DNA from: Octopus sinensis | Taxonomy: Eukaryota | Direction of reading: 5' to 3' | DNA: 64,000 bases | NCBI RefSeq assembly: GCF_006345805.1 | Contig: NC_043004.1 | Span: forward strand, 15,376,001-15,440,000 | In this document: in pieces, positions 40,713 to 55,462 of the stretch | Position numbering within the stretch: the stretch's first letter is position 1 | Layout of the letters: the number at the start of each line of letters is the position of its first letter | The notes under the pieces: generated by a model | The model's input: the letters and a program-made list of their open reading frames with translations, nothing else | The model's database searches: none | What the model was told of the DNA's origin: nothing | Program-made: the position numbers and the translations under genes

Positions 40713-43081
40713 ACATCAATATGCAAATATACATTCCCGTTTTCGCTGTAGAGGCTACAAACAGCACTTTTTCTTTTTTCTTTTATTTCCTTTTGTAAAT
40801 CCAGGATAGTGAATTAGAGAGATTTAATTTCTATCTCTAAAAGATAGAAAGACAACGTAGAAACGCCACCATTGGCTTCATCTGCATAATTCATAAGCAT
40901 TGCTAAAACGACAAATAAATAAAAGGTTTTGACGCCAGAAGACGGAATATAACATCATTACTTCCTTTCACATTCTCAGGAGTCAAGAACTACAGTCGTT
41001 GAAATGAGTGTGATACTTTATTCCTTCCATTTTCTGATGCCAGACAACTGTATTTCAAATAGGTTTCTCTTCTCTTGATAATATATACATTTAAAAAAAT
41101 AACCTAACAATCTCATTAGGAAATCATAGAATCTGATTTATATGGTGCAACAAAAAGCATTTTACTTTCAACTGTCAAAAGCAATAAAACACTTGAAAAC
41201 AATTCCCATAGCTGACACCACAGATTTCTGTATACGATTCAGATGTTCTTGTGTTAATTCCCGAATGACGTTATATCTACAATTCTCTGTTTCTGCTATC
41301 CCCATAGCTTATAATAAACAATATATGTGATTGCATCATTCATAAAAAAAAGTTTTGCAGAACTAATTTGAGTTACGCACATCAAATGAATACAAAGAAA
41401 CAAACGTACCCACCCAAACACACAACAACACACTCACATGTATAGACAAACACATGCACACAAAACACATATGTACACGGTATGTATATGTATATATGTG
41501 TATATGTATATGTATATGTGTGTGTGTGTATGTGTGTGTATGTGTGTACGCACACACACATATGCGTTTATGCGTACTTGCGTGCTTGCGGATAAATACA
41601 CATTATGTATCATAAGGTTTCTTCTTTGATTTGCTTTCACACACATATTTCTCAGTCTCCTCCCCATTGTTTTTCCTCCTCCTTCTCTTCATCCAAACAA
41701 ACTCCCATATCAGCTTCTGGTTTCTATTCCCGAAAAGATACCTAACATTTATTTTCTATAACCACAAATCTTACCAGATACCACCATCGCTCCTACCACA
41801 GTAGGAACGTCTTTCGCTGCAACTACTTAGCCTAATATAATATATGCACCCCAATCTTCCCTCAGCAATGTTATCTACTGTAGTCATACAAGTCACCAAC
41901 TGGCTGACTTATTCACGAAGCGCCTCAGGGAGTACAACATGGCAACGAAGCGCCTTTCTCTTGACATTTCCGCGACGCAGAGTATTCCCACAAAACATCT
42001 CGGTCTTCGGTGTAGATAACATTCCTGGATTTCCCAACAGTCTTCTCCAGAGCGAATAAAATCTGGACGCATTTCGGTCTCTATTAGTCTCTGTTCTTCT
42101 AACATCGTTCCCTTACCTCTCCACTCGTCCCATTTTCATAAATCTTTCACCACTCCCACCCATTTTGGTCACTCTTTCCTCTGTGCCACTTAACCATCTC
42201 AATTTCCTCCTCCTCCTAGATGCTCTCAATCCCCTATTCATATTCACTACAACCTACGCTATTACTTAGTTCTTCTCATACCCGCATCATTTTCGTTTAA
42301 TCACACCTGATGCCGCCAAAACTCCAGACACACCTCATCTCTTCCATAACCTTACATCCTTAACACTTCATGTACACCAGCACATCCACACATTAAAACC
42401 AACAAATACCTATTTTCCGATACATGCCCACACAACTCTACTTCTCAGTACTGTATACCAAGGCATATTCACAACGCATTCATATTGTTATCATTGTCCA
42501 ATCTACTCCTCTCACATACACACATACACGCGCGCACACACAAACACACACAGATAATTCATATATTTTTATCTCCACTTGTTTTGTTTTTCTCTTGACA
42601 AACGAGTGTGTGCTTTTGTGTTTTGGAGGATTTTTGTCTTCCTGCGTTTTTCCTTTCACCACGTGACCACCTCAATTCTAACGCCTCAATATTCGATTTT
42701 ATTTTCTTTTAACTGTGTTTCCGTACCCCTGCATAATTTATCACTAGATTTTGCCATTTTACCACACTTCGACTCTTACCGCTTGCTCCTACCATGTATA
42801 CTGTATTAAAAGTCATTTTTCTTTCTGTTTGCTCTCTACGTCTTACATACCCTAAACGTACCTAAGCCATCACAAACTTTTCATTTGTCAGCCAGTTATC
42901 TCTGCTCACTATTTGACAGCGCAATGAATATCTTATAGAATATTTATTATATTACTCCTAGTGTTAACCGTCCCCAAAAATACCCAGCAGATAGACTTCA
43001 TTGTCTTTATTTCTGTCGCTGTTGGCGGCTTTTCTCAACACTAGTATCACCGTCGCCGAGAGTAACAGCGGGGCCGCCAAT

Positions 43082-43497
43082 ATAGGCAACTGGCAGAAAC
43101 GTTAGCATGACGGGTGAAATGCTACCGCTGTATTTCGCCTGCCGTTACGTTCTGAGTTCAAATTCCGCCGAGGTCGACTTTGCCTTTCATCCTTTCGGGG
43201 TCGATAAATTAAGTACTAGCTACGCACTGGGGTCGAAATAATAGACTTAATCCGTTTGTCTGTCCTTGTTTGTCCCCTCTGTGTGTAGCCCTTTGTGGGT
43301 AGTAAAGAAATAGGTATTTCGTCTGCCGTTACGTTCTGAGTTCAAATTCCGCCAAGGTCGATTTTGTCATTCATCCTTTCGGGGTCGATAAATTCAGTAC
43401 CAGTTGTGCACTAGGGTCGATGTAATCGAGTTAATCCCTTGTCTGTCCTTGTTTGTCCCCTGTAAGTTTAGCCCGTTGTGGGCAATAAAGAAATAAA
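43082..43497 (+). mobile_element. SINE family A head-to-tail dimer
   Basis: Full unit followed directly by a 5'-truncated unit joined at GGTATTTCG; a similar join occurs at 43836-44070. Confidence 0.85.
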
Positions 43498-44765
43498 CTG
43501 GTACTTAATTTATCGACCCGGAAAGAATAAAAGGCAAAGTCGACCTCAGCATATTCTACCAAAAAGCGATATTCTACCAAAAAGCGGCTATTCATGAACG
43601 TTTTTCCTTACTTCATATCATCTCACTCCATCGGTATCCAAATGATTAGAAACCTGGGAGGAGGAATCTCAAGCAATCGTTTCCCGAGGCTACTACAATT
43701 AAACGCGAGGTTCTACATTTACCAGGAAGTTCTCGATGTCCTGCTAACCGGCTCTGGAGGGTGCTTACGTAAAAATCTGTCATCGATAAAAGCCCGTAGT
43801 AATTGACATCAGTGCTCATGAGCAAGTCTCTGTATACTTCGGGGTCGATTAAATAAGTACCAGTTACACACTGGGGTCAATATAATCGACTTAATCCGTT
43901 TGTATGTCCTTGTTTGTCCCTTCTGTGTTTAGCCCCTTGTGGGTAGTAAAGAAATAGGTATTTCTTCTGTCTTTACGTTTCGAGTTGAAATTCCGCCGAG
44001 GTCGACTTTGTAGTTCATCCTTTCGGGGTCGATAAATTAAGAACCAGTTGCGTACTGGGGTCGATCCAATCGACTGAGCCCATCGCCAAAAACTTCGCGC
44101 CTTCTGCCTAGAGAAAAAAAGAATATAGGCATTGAAGTCCATATTCTGATCAAGCCTAACATTCCTTCCGAACAATTGAGCAAAGTACTCGGGAGAAGAT
44201 CTCGATCGAGTTGCGAGCACTCATAATAGTCCACCAGAGACAGAATGTGCTAGGATAAATTGAAATGGCTTCGTTTGTTCGTGTGTTGGAAAACATACTT
44301 TAGCTCTGACAATGCATCATTCATGCAACTAGCTGCAAAAATTGATCAAATATCAAAATATCCACAATTAAGTCGGTTGTGAGGTTTTTCCTAAGCATCC
44401 CTAAGTCTATCTCTACATCTATACACTAGTTTTCTATATTCCAAATTCTTTACTAAACCCTTCCGAATCTACTCTAATCGCTCTTGTTAGAGTCAACAGT
44501 CACCTGTTGCTCTCCATTTGTTAACGCTTGCTTAAATAACTCCTTAATCCAGTTTATGGCAAACTGACGCGTCGGAAACAAAATAGTCAGATTCCTGTAG
44601 CTAGTGTGCCATCTACGAAACCTATATAGGGCGGTTGAACATTGGATAAACATCAACTCTGAAAACCTACGTTTCCCACTTACCTCATTCCTATGGAGTG
44701 CTAGGTGTTCTATCCTTTTTGCTATTTGTGAGTAATCAAACAATTTTTTTCCATGGTAATGTATT

Positions 44766-45146
44766 TTACCACGTTTACGTGGCTGTTCTATGCCGAACAA
44801 ATATTACCACATTTTAACCCCAGGAACACATCTTTTCCCGCCTTTTAATATATACATTAGCTTGTTGATCAGCAACTGATTGGCGCTTCTTTGTTTATGT
44901 ATCGTGAATAAGGACGGAAAGCTGCCACCCCCTCTAGCAGGCAAACTTCCAATACTGCAAATGGGAAGGAACCTAGAAACCGGTGGGTCTACTGATTTTG
45001 CTATGCGGGAATTGGAGTGGTTCGCTCCGTTACTCGCAATATATTAGACACAAGTTGTGTGTCGTTAACCAGCGGGAAAAGATGTTCTCCTGGGGTTAAA
45101 TGTAGTAATATTTGTTCTACATAGAACAGCCAGGTAAAAGTGGTAA
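44766..45146. mobile_element. MITE-like element with ~76-bp imperfect inverted repeats
   Basis: 44766-44841 is the near reverse complement of 45072-45146. Confidence 0.7.
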
Positions 45147-46810
45147 CAGACATACTGTATAGTACTTTTACTATGTGAATCTTTTTCAGAGATTTTAAAG
45201 CCATCTACTTTAGCTTGTTTTTCCATAGTCATTTGTAAATATTCCTGCGTGTCTCCTGCTCTGACGAGATATTTGATTCTTTTTTAAAGTTCTGTATACG
45301 CCTTTTGATGTGTTAATGATTGTTATATGATAGTATGCTATTTGTCAATGTAGCATAATTATAGTTTGTGCTACTTGCATTTTGATGTAATTCATGAAGA
45401 TTTTGTTGCAAATGTCCGTACCAGTGGAGTTAATGATTTCTTTTTTTTTCTGTTTGAAGATGTTCTGTCTTTCTTTGTGTGAATTAAATCGTGTTTCTGT
45501 TTGTAATGCAATGTTGTTGTTGTTGTTGTTGCTGTTGTTAAGCAACAAGACGGGTAAGGGTGATTAGGTGATGGTCTAGGGTCTTGTTATAGTCGAGGGC
45601 TCTTCGTTGACGCCCGACACCACTGGGAGGTGGCCCTCGAAGTCGCTGGAAATGGAGACCTCCAGGTCAAATTCTTGAACGGCTGCTGCTGCTGTTGATG
45701 CTTGTGTTACTACTTTCAACGTTGTTGCTGCTGTTATTATATATTATTGATTGATATTGTAGTGATAACTACGGTAATAGATAGTTTTCTCTGGTTTGCA
45801 ATTCTGTGGATGGGGGCAGCAGTATTTTGTTTTACATATTGTTGGTCACCTACTACAGTTCTTACCTCTACTACTGTTGCCCCTATTATTGTTACTGTTA
45901 TTGTCGATACTGTCGCTACTTCAGCTAACTGGTTAGTACTATTGCCGAGGTGTTTTGTGGTGGGATGTGTTTCATCCTCTTGATTTGCTGGTCCGCCATT
46001 CCAAGAGGGAAGTCTGGTAGGCATTTTCATAATATTTCATTTACTTTTTCAGAATTTAGTTTTTCTAAAAAAAAAAAAAGAACGAAACAATGTATTCTGA
46101 ATTCCCTTGCAGTCCTGATAAAATTCGTAGGTAAGTAAAAAAAAAATCCAAACAACGGAGTCTTTTAATAAAGGTAAAACGAGAAACACAAACATGAGAT
46201 ATTTTTGCAATTTATCCTGTAGAAAATTTAAACACGTAAATATTTTTTTCCTAAACAATAGATCTACTTATTTCGGTTGCTGACTTATTCAGGAATATAC
46301 AAACACTAGCGCCCCTGACGATAATATTCTCTGAGAACGCACAAAAGCCATTTTCAGAGTTATTTGCTTTGAATTGTTATTATCTCATATGTGATTAGCG
46401 TGTTATTACGTAACATGCTTCACGAGTTTTGTATACATACCTAATTACTATTTCCTTCTTTGTTCTATATACTTTGGAAACACATTGAAGCCCTTTTCAG
46501 GGCTACTTTATTTGAATTCTTACAATCAGGTTACTAATTTCATGTGCTTACATAACTGACTTCACAATTTGGGTATTCCTAAAAACAAGATATTTTTATA
46601 AAGACAGTTCGGTATTCTCTGTAAATGCACAAAAACCGTTGTAAGGGCTACTTACCCTATATTGTTGTTATTGGATTAGCAAACAATTCTGAGAACGGAA
46701 CCAAGAAATAAGCCCTGCTTTCTCAGGAACTACCGGGTACGTCAGTTAGTATGTATATATATATATATATATACAGAGAGAGAGAAAGAGAGATAAAGAG
46801 AGATATAGAT

Positions 46811-46871
<61 letters not shown>

Positions 46872-47319
46872 TTAATGTGTGTGTGCATAGATGTAAGAGT
46901 TTGTGTGGTCAGATTAGGATTATTTTTTTAAAGTAATGAACTATGATGCAAGAAAGAGAATCAAATATTGCTTTACAATAATAGACGAAATTATCCTTAT
47001 GGCATCTTATTGAAATATGTCGGGTATCAAGAATTTCATGATTTTTTTAACGGAATGTTCTGTAGCAATTGCTTAGAAACTATCGATTTATCGAATTTTT
47101 TTTTTAACTCACAGTATCACATATGGGAAGCTCCCATCGTATATATATTTAGTATGCAGAGCGCTTCACTGAGTTATTTTCCCTTAGCAACATTGTTGAC
47201 ATTGTTAACGAGAGGCGGTTAATTCATTGTATATATGTATATTCATGTATATATATGTGAGCTTGTGTGTGTGATTGTGTGTGTTTTTGACTGTGCATGT
47301 ATATGTATAAACACACACA

Positions 47320-47372
<53 letters not shown>

Positions 47373-47384
47373 TATATATGTATA

Positions 47385-47580
47385 TATATAAAGGGAAAGT
47401 TTACGAAAATAAACAAAAGACGAAGACAGGTGGTGTACAAAACAAACAGATGTATTTGTATAGCGCTCAGGAATAGAAAAAATCTTTTACGTTTCGAGCC
47501 TACGCTCTTCTACAGAAAGGTACACAGAAAAAACAAGGAGAGAGACAAGGAGAGAAAAAAAAATGTGTGTAGTGGCTAAC
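47385..47580 (-). mobile_element. PLE-type repeat with variant hammerhead motif
   Basis: Minus 47519-47484: CTTT-CTGTAGA-A-GAGC(GTAG)GCTC-GAAACGTA-AAAG. Confidence 0.55.
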
Positions 47581-48621
47581 ACACATATACATATTCATAT
47601 ACATACATATATATCTATTTATATATGTAAATGTATATATATATATAAATATATATGTTGATATGTGTATATATATATATATACATATAAATATATATGC
47701 ATATATATATATATATATGTTTATATGTGTATATATATACATATATATGTATATATACATGTATATTTACTTATATACACATTTACATGTCTATATATAT
47801 ATGTATATATATACATTTATACATATATATGTAGATATATACATACACACACATTACGCGAATATATATACGCATACACACATATGTATGCCGTGCAATA
47901 TATGGATTCTTAGAATCCTGTAGCAATAACAATAAAGCTGTTTTTAATGGATCCGGCTATATACTACAGAGTAATCTAATACCGTGGAGTGTAATGCAGA
48001 ATCCCTTACAGTTGATATCCAGGAGATCCATTCTAGAAACTTCTTTTACGGGGAGTACATTAGTACAGATGAATTTATTTATATCATCACTTAATATCCG
48101 TAGCATGGCGATCGTTTCGCAGCCTTAATTAAGAAATATTAATTTTAGTGTATAATAAATTATTTTAGTTTACATGCCTGCATTAATATGCTTGTTATAC
48201 ATTGATGAGTACTATTGTACATTTTCAATTTAATGCACGAATAGAAGGACAGCTTATCAGATTGAAGTATCATAGACAATGAACCTTTATATTTGTATGC
48301 ATCTGGCAGACATAAGAAATTGGTGTAACCATGATGTTACGGCGATCAGATGAGCTAGCTTTCTAGATTTGTGCAATGTATAACATGCATATTGAAGCAA
48401 ACCTGTAAAATGAAATAATTTATTACACAGCAAAAATGAGATGATGAAGGCTTGCAAAACGGTTTTCATGCTACTAATGTCAACAGGGGAAATACATATA
48501 TTCTCAGATACCTCCTGACATTTTATAATCTAAATATCTATGTGTGTGTGTGTGTGTTTGTGTGTATGTGTCATTATTCAGTTTATTACAAGATTTCTTG
48601 CCGATGGGGAAAATACTGGTT

Positions 48622-48850
48622 TCTAACCTATATCGAAGGATCCGTTTTACCTCCTACAAGTATTAATATTTTGCGATGGAAATGCGGTGAGCTGGCAGGA
48701 CCGTTAGCACGTTTCACCCGTCCTTACGTTCTTAGTTCACAATTCGCTGTGGTAAACTTTCCTTTTCGTCCTTTCGAGACCAATAAAATAATAACCAGTT
48801 GAACACTGGGGTTGATGTTATCGTTTCACCCACTCCCACGAAATTGCCGG
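48622..48850 (+). mobile_element. Degenerate SINE family A copy
   Basis: gcggtgagctggcaggaccgttagcacg head and cttttcgtcctttcgag core. Confidence 0.6.
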
Positions 48851-49251
48851 CCTTGAGCCAAACTTTGAAACTAATATTTTACGATGGTAATAATAATATT
48901 CAAAAATGGAAGAGCAAGAATCTAGTCTGTCAGCGCTTTGAAATTGCTATCAAAGTGTGTTTTCCGATATTGCTCCGATTTTCGGGTACAACTTTAAATT
49001 ACTTGGTGGCAGCAAGTTTCAACGAATGATTATGGGCGTTTTTTCAGCGTATTAACATGAATTCCAGCTCATGTAAGAACAGTCAGTGAAGTGTCTCTTT
49101 CCTTGTATTTACATTCATAACAACAGAAGCATTGGTTTAGATTTTGAACTGCATTCAATAGAGGAGAGCCCGTATAGAAATGTTTAGCTCTTGAGTCAAT
49201 GCTAAGTCACTATTGTTAACAGGTCCATTCTGGCCCGGAGAAGTAGTACCT

Positions 49252-49476
49252 ATTTCTTTATTACCCACAAGGGGCTAAACACAGAGGGGACAAACAAGGA
49301 CAGACATAGGTATTAAGTCGATTACATCGACCCCAGTGCGTAACTGGTACTTAATTTATCGACCCCGAAAGGATGAAAGGTAAAGTCGACCTCGGCGGAA
49401 TTTGAACTCACAACGTAACGGCTGACGAAATACTGTTAAGCATTTCGCCCGACGTGCTAACGTTTCTGCTAGCTCG
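49252..49476 (-). mobile_element. Full-length SINE family A with 17-bp target-site duplication
   Basis: TSD ccggagaagtagtacct at 49235-49251 and 49477-49493. Confidence 0.9.
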
Positions 49477-49737
49477 CCGGAGAAGTAGTACCTGTTGAGG
49501 CACCAGTTATATGTTAACTAGCATGGGGACCACTCAGAGTGAATGACCCATAGCTCTCTTTAGAACTTCCTTCTAGGAAAAGGCAAAATGAAAAACACCT
49601 GAAGTGTGTGTGCAACATTTATTTTAAATTTCTCTCTTTCAGAAATTAAAGGATTAGGTTTGAATTTAAACAAGTGTTACGGAAGCAGTAAAATAAGCAT
49701 TTCGCGTGAAATTCCACCACACTTTTGCTTTGAAGGT

Positions 49738-49806
<69 letters not shown>

Positions 49807-52181
49807 AACACACTCACATACACACACATACTCGGCTCCGTGTCATGCAATACCATATGTTTCTGTGATTTGAGATAAAATTTCCATAACTCACAATCAT
49901 TCTGTACCTATATGAGTATTCTTTCTATTCCAAAATTATCTCCAAAACTCTTAAGCATATCAATTCAACATTAACATAAAAGCAAAAAATTATTCTTCTC
50001 TCAGAAAGAAGAATACTGCAAATTCTAATAAAGAAATAAGAGTTTGAATATGATACCTCATATTTGAATCCTTTATTAGTTGCATCAAATCAGCTGCGGT
50101 CATGCTGGGGCAGTTATTTAACCTATACAAGAAAGTAGTGATATTAATTTAAAAACCTCAGCAATTGGTTCCTACATTATAAATCAATATCTGGTAAATT
50201 ATATGTAGCAATAGTAACAGTAATAACCCTCTTGGAAATGATAATTAAAGCGTATATATAAAGTGTGTGAATATTTGTAAAATCTTTCAATCTCATAGAA
50301 TAAATTATTAATGCCTCTGCTATTTCATTAATGTTTATTTTAATGAGAAACATTATACTTGTTTCCTGAAATTCTTTAGTCTATATATTTAAGATATATT
50401 GAGCTTTGTCGATTGATGACATTACAATACATTGTTAGAAACTGTATCCTGTTGATGTTGTGATTCTTTATTGTATTTTTGCAAGAACTCAATAATTTCT
50501 TCAGCAAGTGAAATAGATAAAGCTGATTTGTTGAATGATAAGCGTATGTTGATAAAAATTGCCATGGAAACAACAGAAATATATCTGTACATCTTCATTG
50601 GATATTATCTAAATCACGATGTAACATTTATGCTGAGTTATAGATCTATTAGCCATTATTCGAAGAAATTCCGTATATATGAATGTACGCACACACACAC
50701 ACATACACACATTAATATATACATTCTTACTCATATACATTCATATATAAGTATATATTCATGCACAATTACCATTCGTATATATGTCCATACATTCATA
50801 TATATATATATATCTCTCTTTATATATATAAATATGCATATATATATTAATATATATATATATATGTGTGTTTGTGTGTGTGTGTGTTTATATATATATG
50901 TTTAAATATATATATGAGTGGTTCAATATGAGTATAAAGCTATATGTGTGCATGCATCTATTTTAAACAAAAAAGTAATTGCTTCAACACGATGAATTGG
51001 AATCGAGGAGCTTACAACGAAGCCCGAGAATGAAATCACGCATATCTTACCGAGAAACGAGTTAATTTAGCGAGATTTTGAAGCAAATACATAGGGCAGT
51101 CTGTCAACTATTATTTTTCCCCTTAATGTATGCTTTCGGATAATATATTTCTAACATTTAAACAATCATTAAAATCTTAATAGCACTATTTATATTAATA
51201 TATAATGCTACTTAAATAGATAGATATTTGCCCACATATATATGGAGATCTAATACAATATAAGGCAGGTAAAATAACAGAACATACTTTATTGCATATG
51301 CCACCCCAAAGAAGAATGTATTCGTGGATAGAAAAATCTCATAGAAACAAAATGTTATGAGCGAAAGAAGCGGCTGTCACAAGCCAAGTGGTAAATACCA
51401 CGTTCACTCAATCAATAAACATAGCGATTCATCTAGTGGCCTTTAAGCAATGGTTTGAATCGTTTGAAGATCGCCTCTTCATTTCTTAGGTTGCTGACCT
51501 TTCTATGAGTTGGCTTGTGCGTGGTTATTGCGGTCTTCTCAGATCATTTGTCTAAGAGGTTTTGTAACGAACGCTGCGACCATATCAATAATTTTATTTA
51601 TTTATTTGTTTATTTATTTTGTGTAACAGAAAATAATACTGTTTGTTAATAATTACAAACACAAAACTTTTCTTCCTTGCATTGAATGCTAACATTGCAT
51701 AAGATCGACAATAATGGCCTACAAAACATATTGAACAGTTAGATAGGATGTGTGGAAATGTGTACACTATTTACTCAGTAGATGTTCCTGTAACTTGTAT
51801 CAAAACAAAAACAAAAAGACATATAATCGAAGAAATTTACCCCGATGCCTTCTTTACCTACATATATCAAGGCCAAATTTGAATCAACACATTTTCTGTT
51901 TTAGGAGTATATTTAGCTTATTTGATGTGTATGTGATTTGTGATTCCAACCGTATGATTAGCGAAATAGAGGCTCCTAAAAGTGGTTCCATGATACTCTC
52001 GCTTCCACAAGTGATAACAAACTGTTGTCCTTTCATTTGAGTGCTTTTTATTAATAGGTGCCAATGACAAATAAATGGATTAGACCCTACCCCTGCCGTA
52101 CAAACATCTGTGTGTGTGTGTGTGTGTGAATATACATAGATATGTAGATATATATAGATAGATAGATAAGAATGTATGCAC

Positions 52182-52239
<58 letters not shown>

Positions 52240-52254
52240 ATATGTAGAAAAATA

Positions 52255-52670
52255 CAAACTGTGACAAGAACGTAAAACATTTAGATGACTATACAAAAAA
52301 CACGGACGGGACATTCGAAGCCTTCAATCTTTAGTCAAGAACCGGATCATCGTAGCAATTTCGGCTGATTAATCTTGAGATCGCTCCGATCCGGCCAGCC
52401 CCAAGGAAAAACTAAGCTACGAGCATTAGATTTCTTGGAAGAAGGATCGAATGTATACGAAACAGGGACAGAAAAACGGACGATGCCACACGAATATAAA
52501 ATACAAAAAACAATAATGAAATAGAAAAAACAATAATGAAATAGAAAAAACAATAATGGGAAAAACAGGACGAAAACAGCGGGTGTCTTACGACTAATAA
52601 ACAGTACAAGTTTAGCTGCGGTATTTGGAAAAAATGCCTTTTCGGCAGACAAAGACAACGATGTTTTCAT
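52255..52670. mobile_element. Interspersed repeat homologous to 23815-24150
   Basis: Shared blocks; internal 19-bp unit x3 at 52505-52560. Confidence 0.55.
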
Positions 52671-52672
52671 AT

Positions 52673-52714
<42 letters not shown>

Positions 52715-52878
52715 TATGTGTGTGCGTGTGGTGTATATATATAAGTATATACATGTATAGATATACATGCATATTCATATCTATATGTATATATCTATAT
52801 CTGTATGTACGTATGTATATATGTATCTGTCCATATATCTCTGTATCTTTATACACTCACTCATATCGATACATACAT

Positions 52879-52963
<85 letters not shown>

Positions 52964-54339
52964 CGAGAGAGAGTGAGAGAGATAATGCAGTAAAACAATG
53001 CTAAAGGAAAATGTGTGTTTTTTTTTAATATGTTTCTCCTTCAAGAAAGTTGGAATGATATACAGAAATAACTGGTGTCCTCCTTTTACCTGAGGTAACG
53101 TTATTGAGAACGAAAGAAAATAGTATTGAAAGTTGTATATACATTATACGTATATTTCTTCCTATATCTTATTCCCATCGATTTCATACCTGTTTTTTGC
53201 ATATAATTTATTATGTCGCAAAAGATGTGGGTAAATAGATGAAGCTTTAAGTAAAAATAACCATAAACTTGTCCGCAATTAGTATAGGCTTTTAATTCTG
53301 AGCTAGGATATACCATCTATCATAAACCAAAGCAAATTACTGTAATTATGTCTGCATGTATGCGGGTTGTTGTTTTTTGATACGGGAATTTATGAGCGAA
53401 CACATAACACTAGATACCTTTTAGGTTCATACTGTGATCATAATTGCCTTTTAGATATTCTGTACACGATTCTTAATAAATGAGATTTATGTTCAACGAA
53501 ATGTTTACGCATTTTATTCATGGAACAAAATCTCAACAACGTTTGTTTGGCGTTACATGTCAAGGTTGATTGACGTAGCACACCAATTTACAATGGCTTG
53601 CTCCATTTCAAAAGTATTAGCTTCAACATATTTTATTATATCAAAAAGTTGAAAAATAATCATCAAATTTCTGTATTCTCCTCGCTTTTTTTTTCTTTCC
53701 AATTTGGTTTCAAATGAGAAAAAAGGTTAATAGCAAACGAACAAAAAACAAACCATTTAGACTTTTTTTAGAATGAAGGTGTGCGAAAGCAATCTTCAAC
53801 GTACTCAGCATGAAATACGTCCACACTAATGCTTTCACATACACATATAGTCACAAATACATACAATCACACATACATATACACATATATAGTGTGGAGT
53901 TTTTTTCAGTGAGTGAAACACTGACATTATTTCTGTAATTCTTCATTAAATACATTGCTCTATTAATGTTATACCAGCAGATTTCTTACTGAGTAGAAGG
54001 AAAAGAAAAATACTTTCTAGTTAATGTGTCTATTAATGCATTTCATATATTATTTTTATATACTGTCCCGGAAAGATCGACAACTAAATGGTTCCATTTA
54101 TTCTAATGCATCAATAGAAATGCATTATCATCCTTACTTTTATGTTCCATGAAGAATAAATATATGCAGCATGCTACAGACACATATGCAGATGCACGTA
54201 CGCATACGTACATAAGCATAATCACGTATGAATAAATACTTACAAACAATATGGCGTATACATAGGCATATATCCGGAGAAATTCCGATCACTCTTCGTT
54301 AAAGCTGATTTTATAAACAAATAATCAAACAGTAATTAT

Positions 54340-54955
54340 GCTTGCTAGTGGAAATAATGATAACAATAATAATGATAATAATAGCAACAACAACAACAAC
54401 AATAATAATAATAATGATAATAATAATAATGATAATAATAATAATGATAATAATAATAATGATAATAAATAATGATAATAATAATAATGATAATAATAAT
54501 AATGATAATAATAATAATAATAATAATTATAATTATCATTATTATTATTATCATTATTATTATTATATATATAACAATAACAATAATGAGGATGAGGATG
54601 AGGATGGGAATGATGGTGCTGAGTCCGATGATGAGGATGGTGATGGTGATGGTGATGATAATGGTGATGGTGATGGGGATGTGGATGATGGTGGTGATGA
54701 TGGTGATGATGATGATGATGATGATGAAGCTGATGATGATGATGATGATGATGACGATGATGATGATGATGATGAATATGATGATGATGATGATGATGGT
54801 GATGGTGATGGTGATGATGATGATGAGGAGGAGGACGACGACGACGATGACGATGAGGGCTGATGGTTGGATGGCTGTCTGGCTGGCTGGCTGGCTGGCT
54901 GGCTAGATGGATGGATGGATGGATGGACATTTAGATGGATGGACGGACGGATGTA
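54340..54955. repeat. Compound (AAT)n/(GAT)n/(GGCT)n/(GGAT)n microsatellite
   Basis: Source of the poly-N/D/H/S/M ORFs. Confidence 0.95.
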
Positions 54956-55462
54956 GGTGAGACATGACATAGATAACTGAAGAGAATAATAAATAATAAT
55001 AAAAACAATTAATGTTCGTAAAGTAAAGAAAATAAACATGCTCAACATCACTTTATAGCAACACTGGAGAATAGGATGTTCATTGTAAATTAATGTATTT
55101 CTGGAAGAGAATAAAGTACACTAGTAGTGAAAAATAAGTGAATAAACAATAAACCACCAATATTTTTGAAGTAGTTAAAACTTCGAAAGGAGTGATAATT
55201 GTTGAGCTTCGAAATATAAAGATCAAATAATTTACTTTATCTGGTCTATATTTTATAGGTGCAGGAGTGGCTATGTGGTAACAAGTTAGCTTTCCAACCA
55301 CGTTTTTCCGGGTTCAGTCTCACTACGTGGAACTTTGAGTAAGAGTCTTCTACTATAGCCTCTGGTAGACCAAAGCCTTGTAAATTATCCTCGGGTAGGC
55401 CAAAAGACTTGTGAATGAATCTGGAAGACGGAAACTGAAATAAGTCCGTAGTATATATATAT

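Noticed and set aside
41840-42110. Gypsy integrase remnant (VVLPEALRE)
   Set aside because: Single short motif; too degraded to call.
44474-44760. hAT dimerisation-domain resemblance
   Set aside because: Only a weak xxRFS match; the ORF starts inside the MITE.
46304-46320. CTCF-like motif CAGGGGCGCTAG
   Set aside because: One G short of the core consensus spacing.
48287-48411. Minus-strand acceptor (ttcattttacAG) exon, phase-compatible with the 53090 donor
   Set aside because: All frames stop within 40 codons and there is no independent support.
54325-55051. Longest ORFs (poly-H/N/D/S/M, up to 201 aa)
   Set aside because: Translations of (AAT)n/(GAT)n microsatellites, open on both strands and in several frames.
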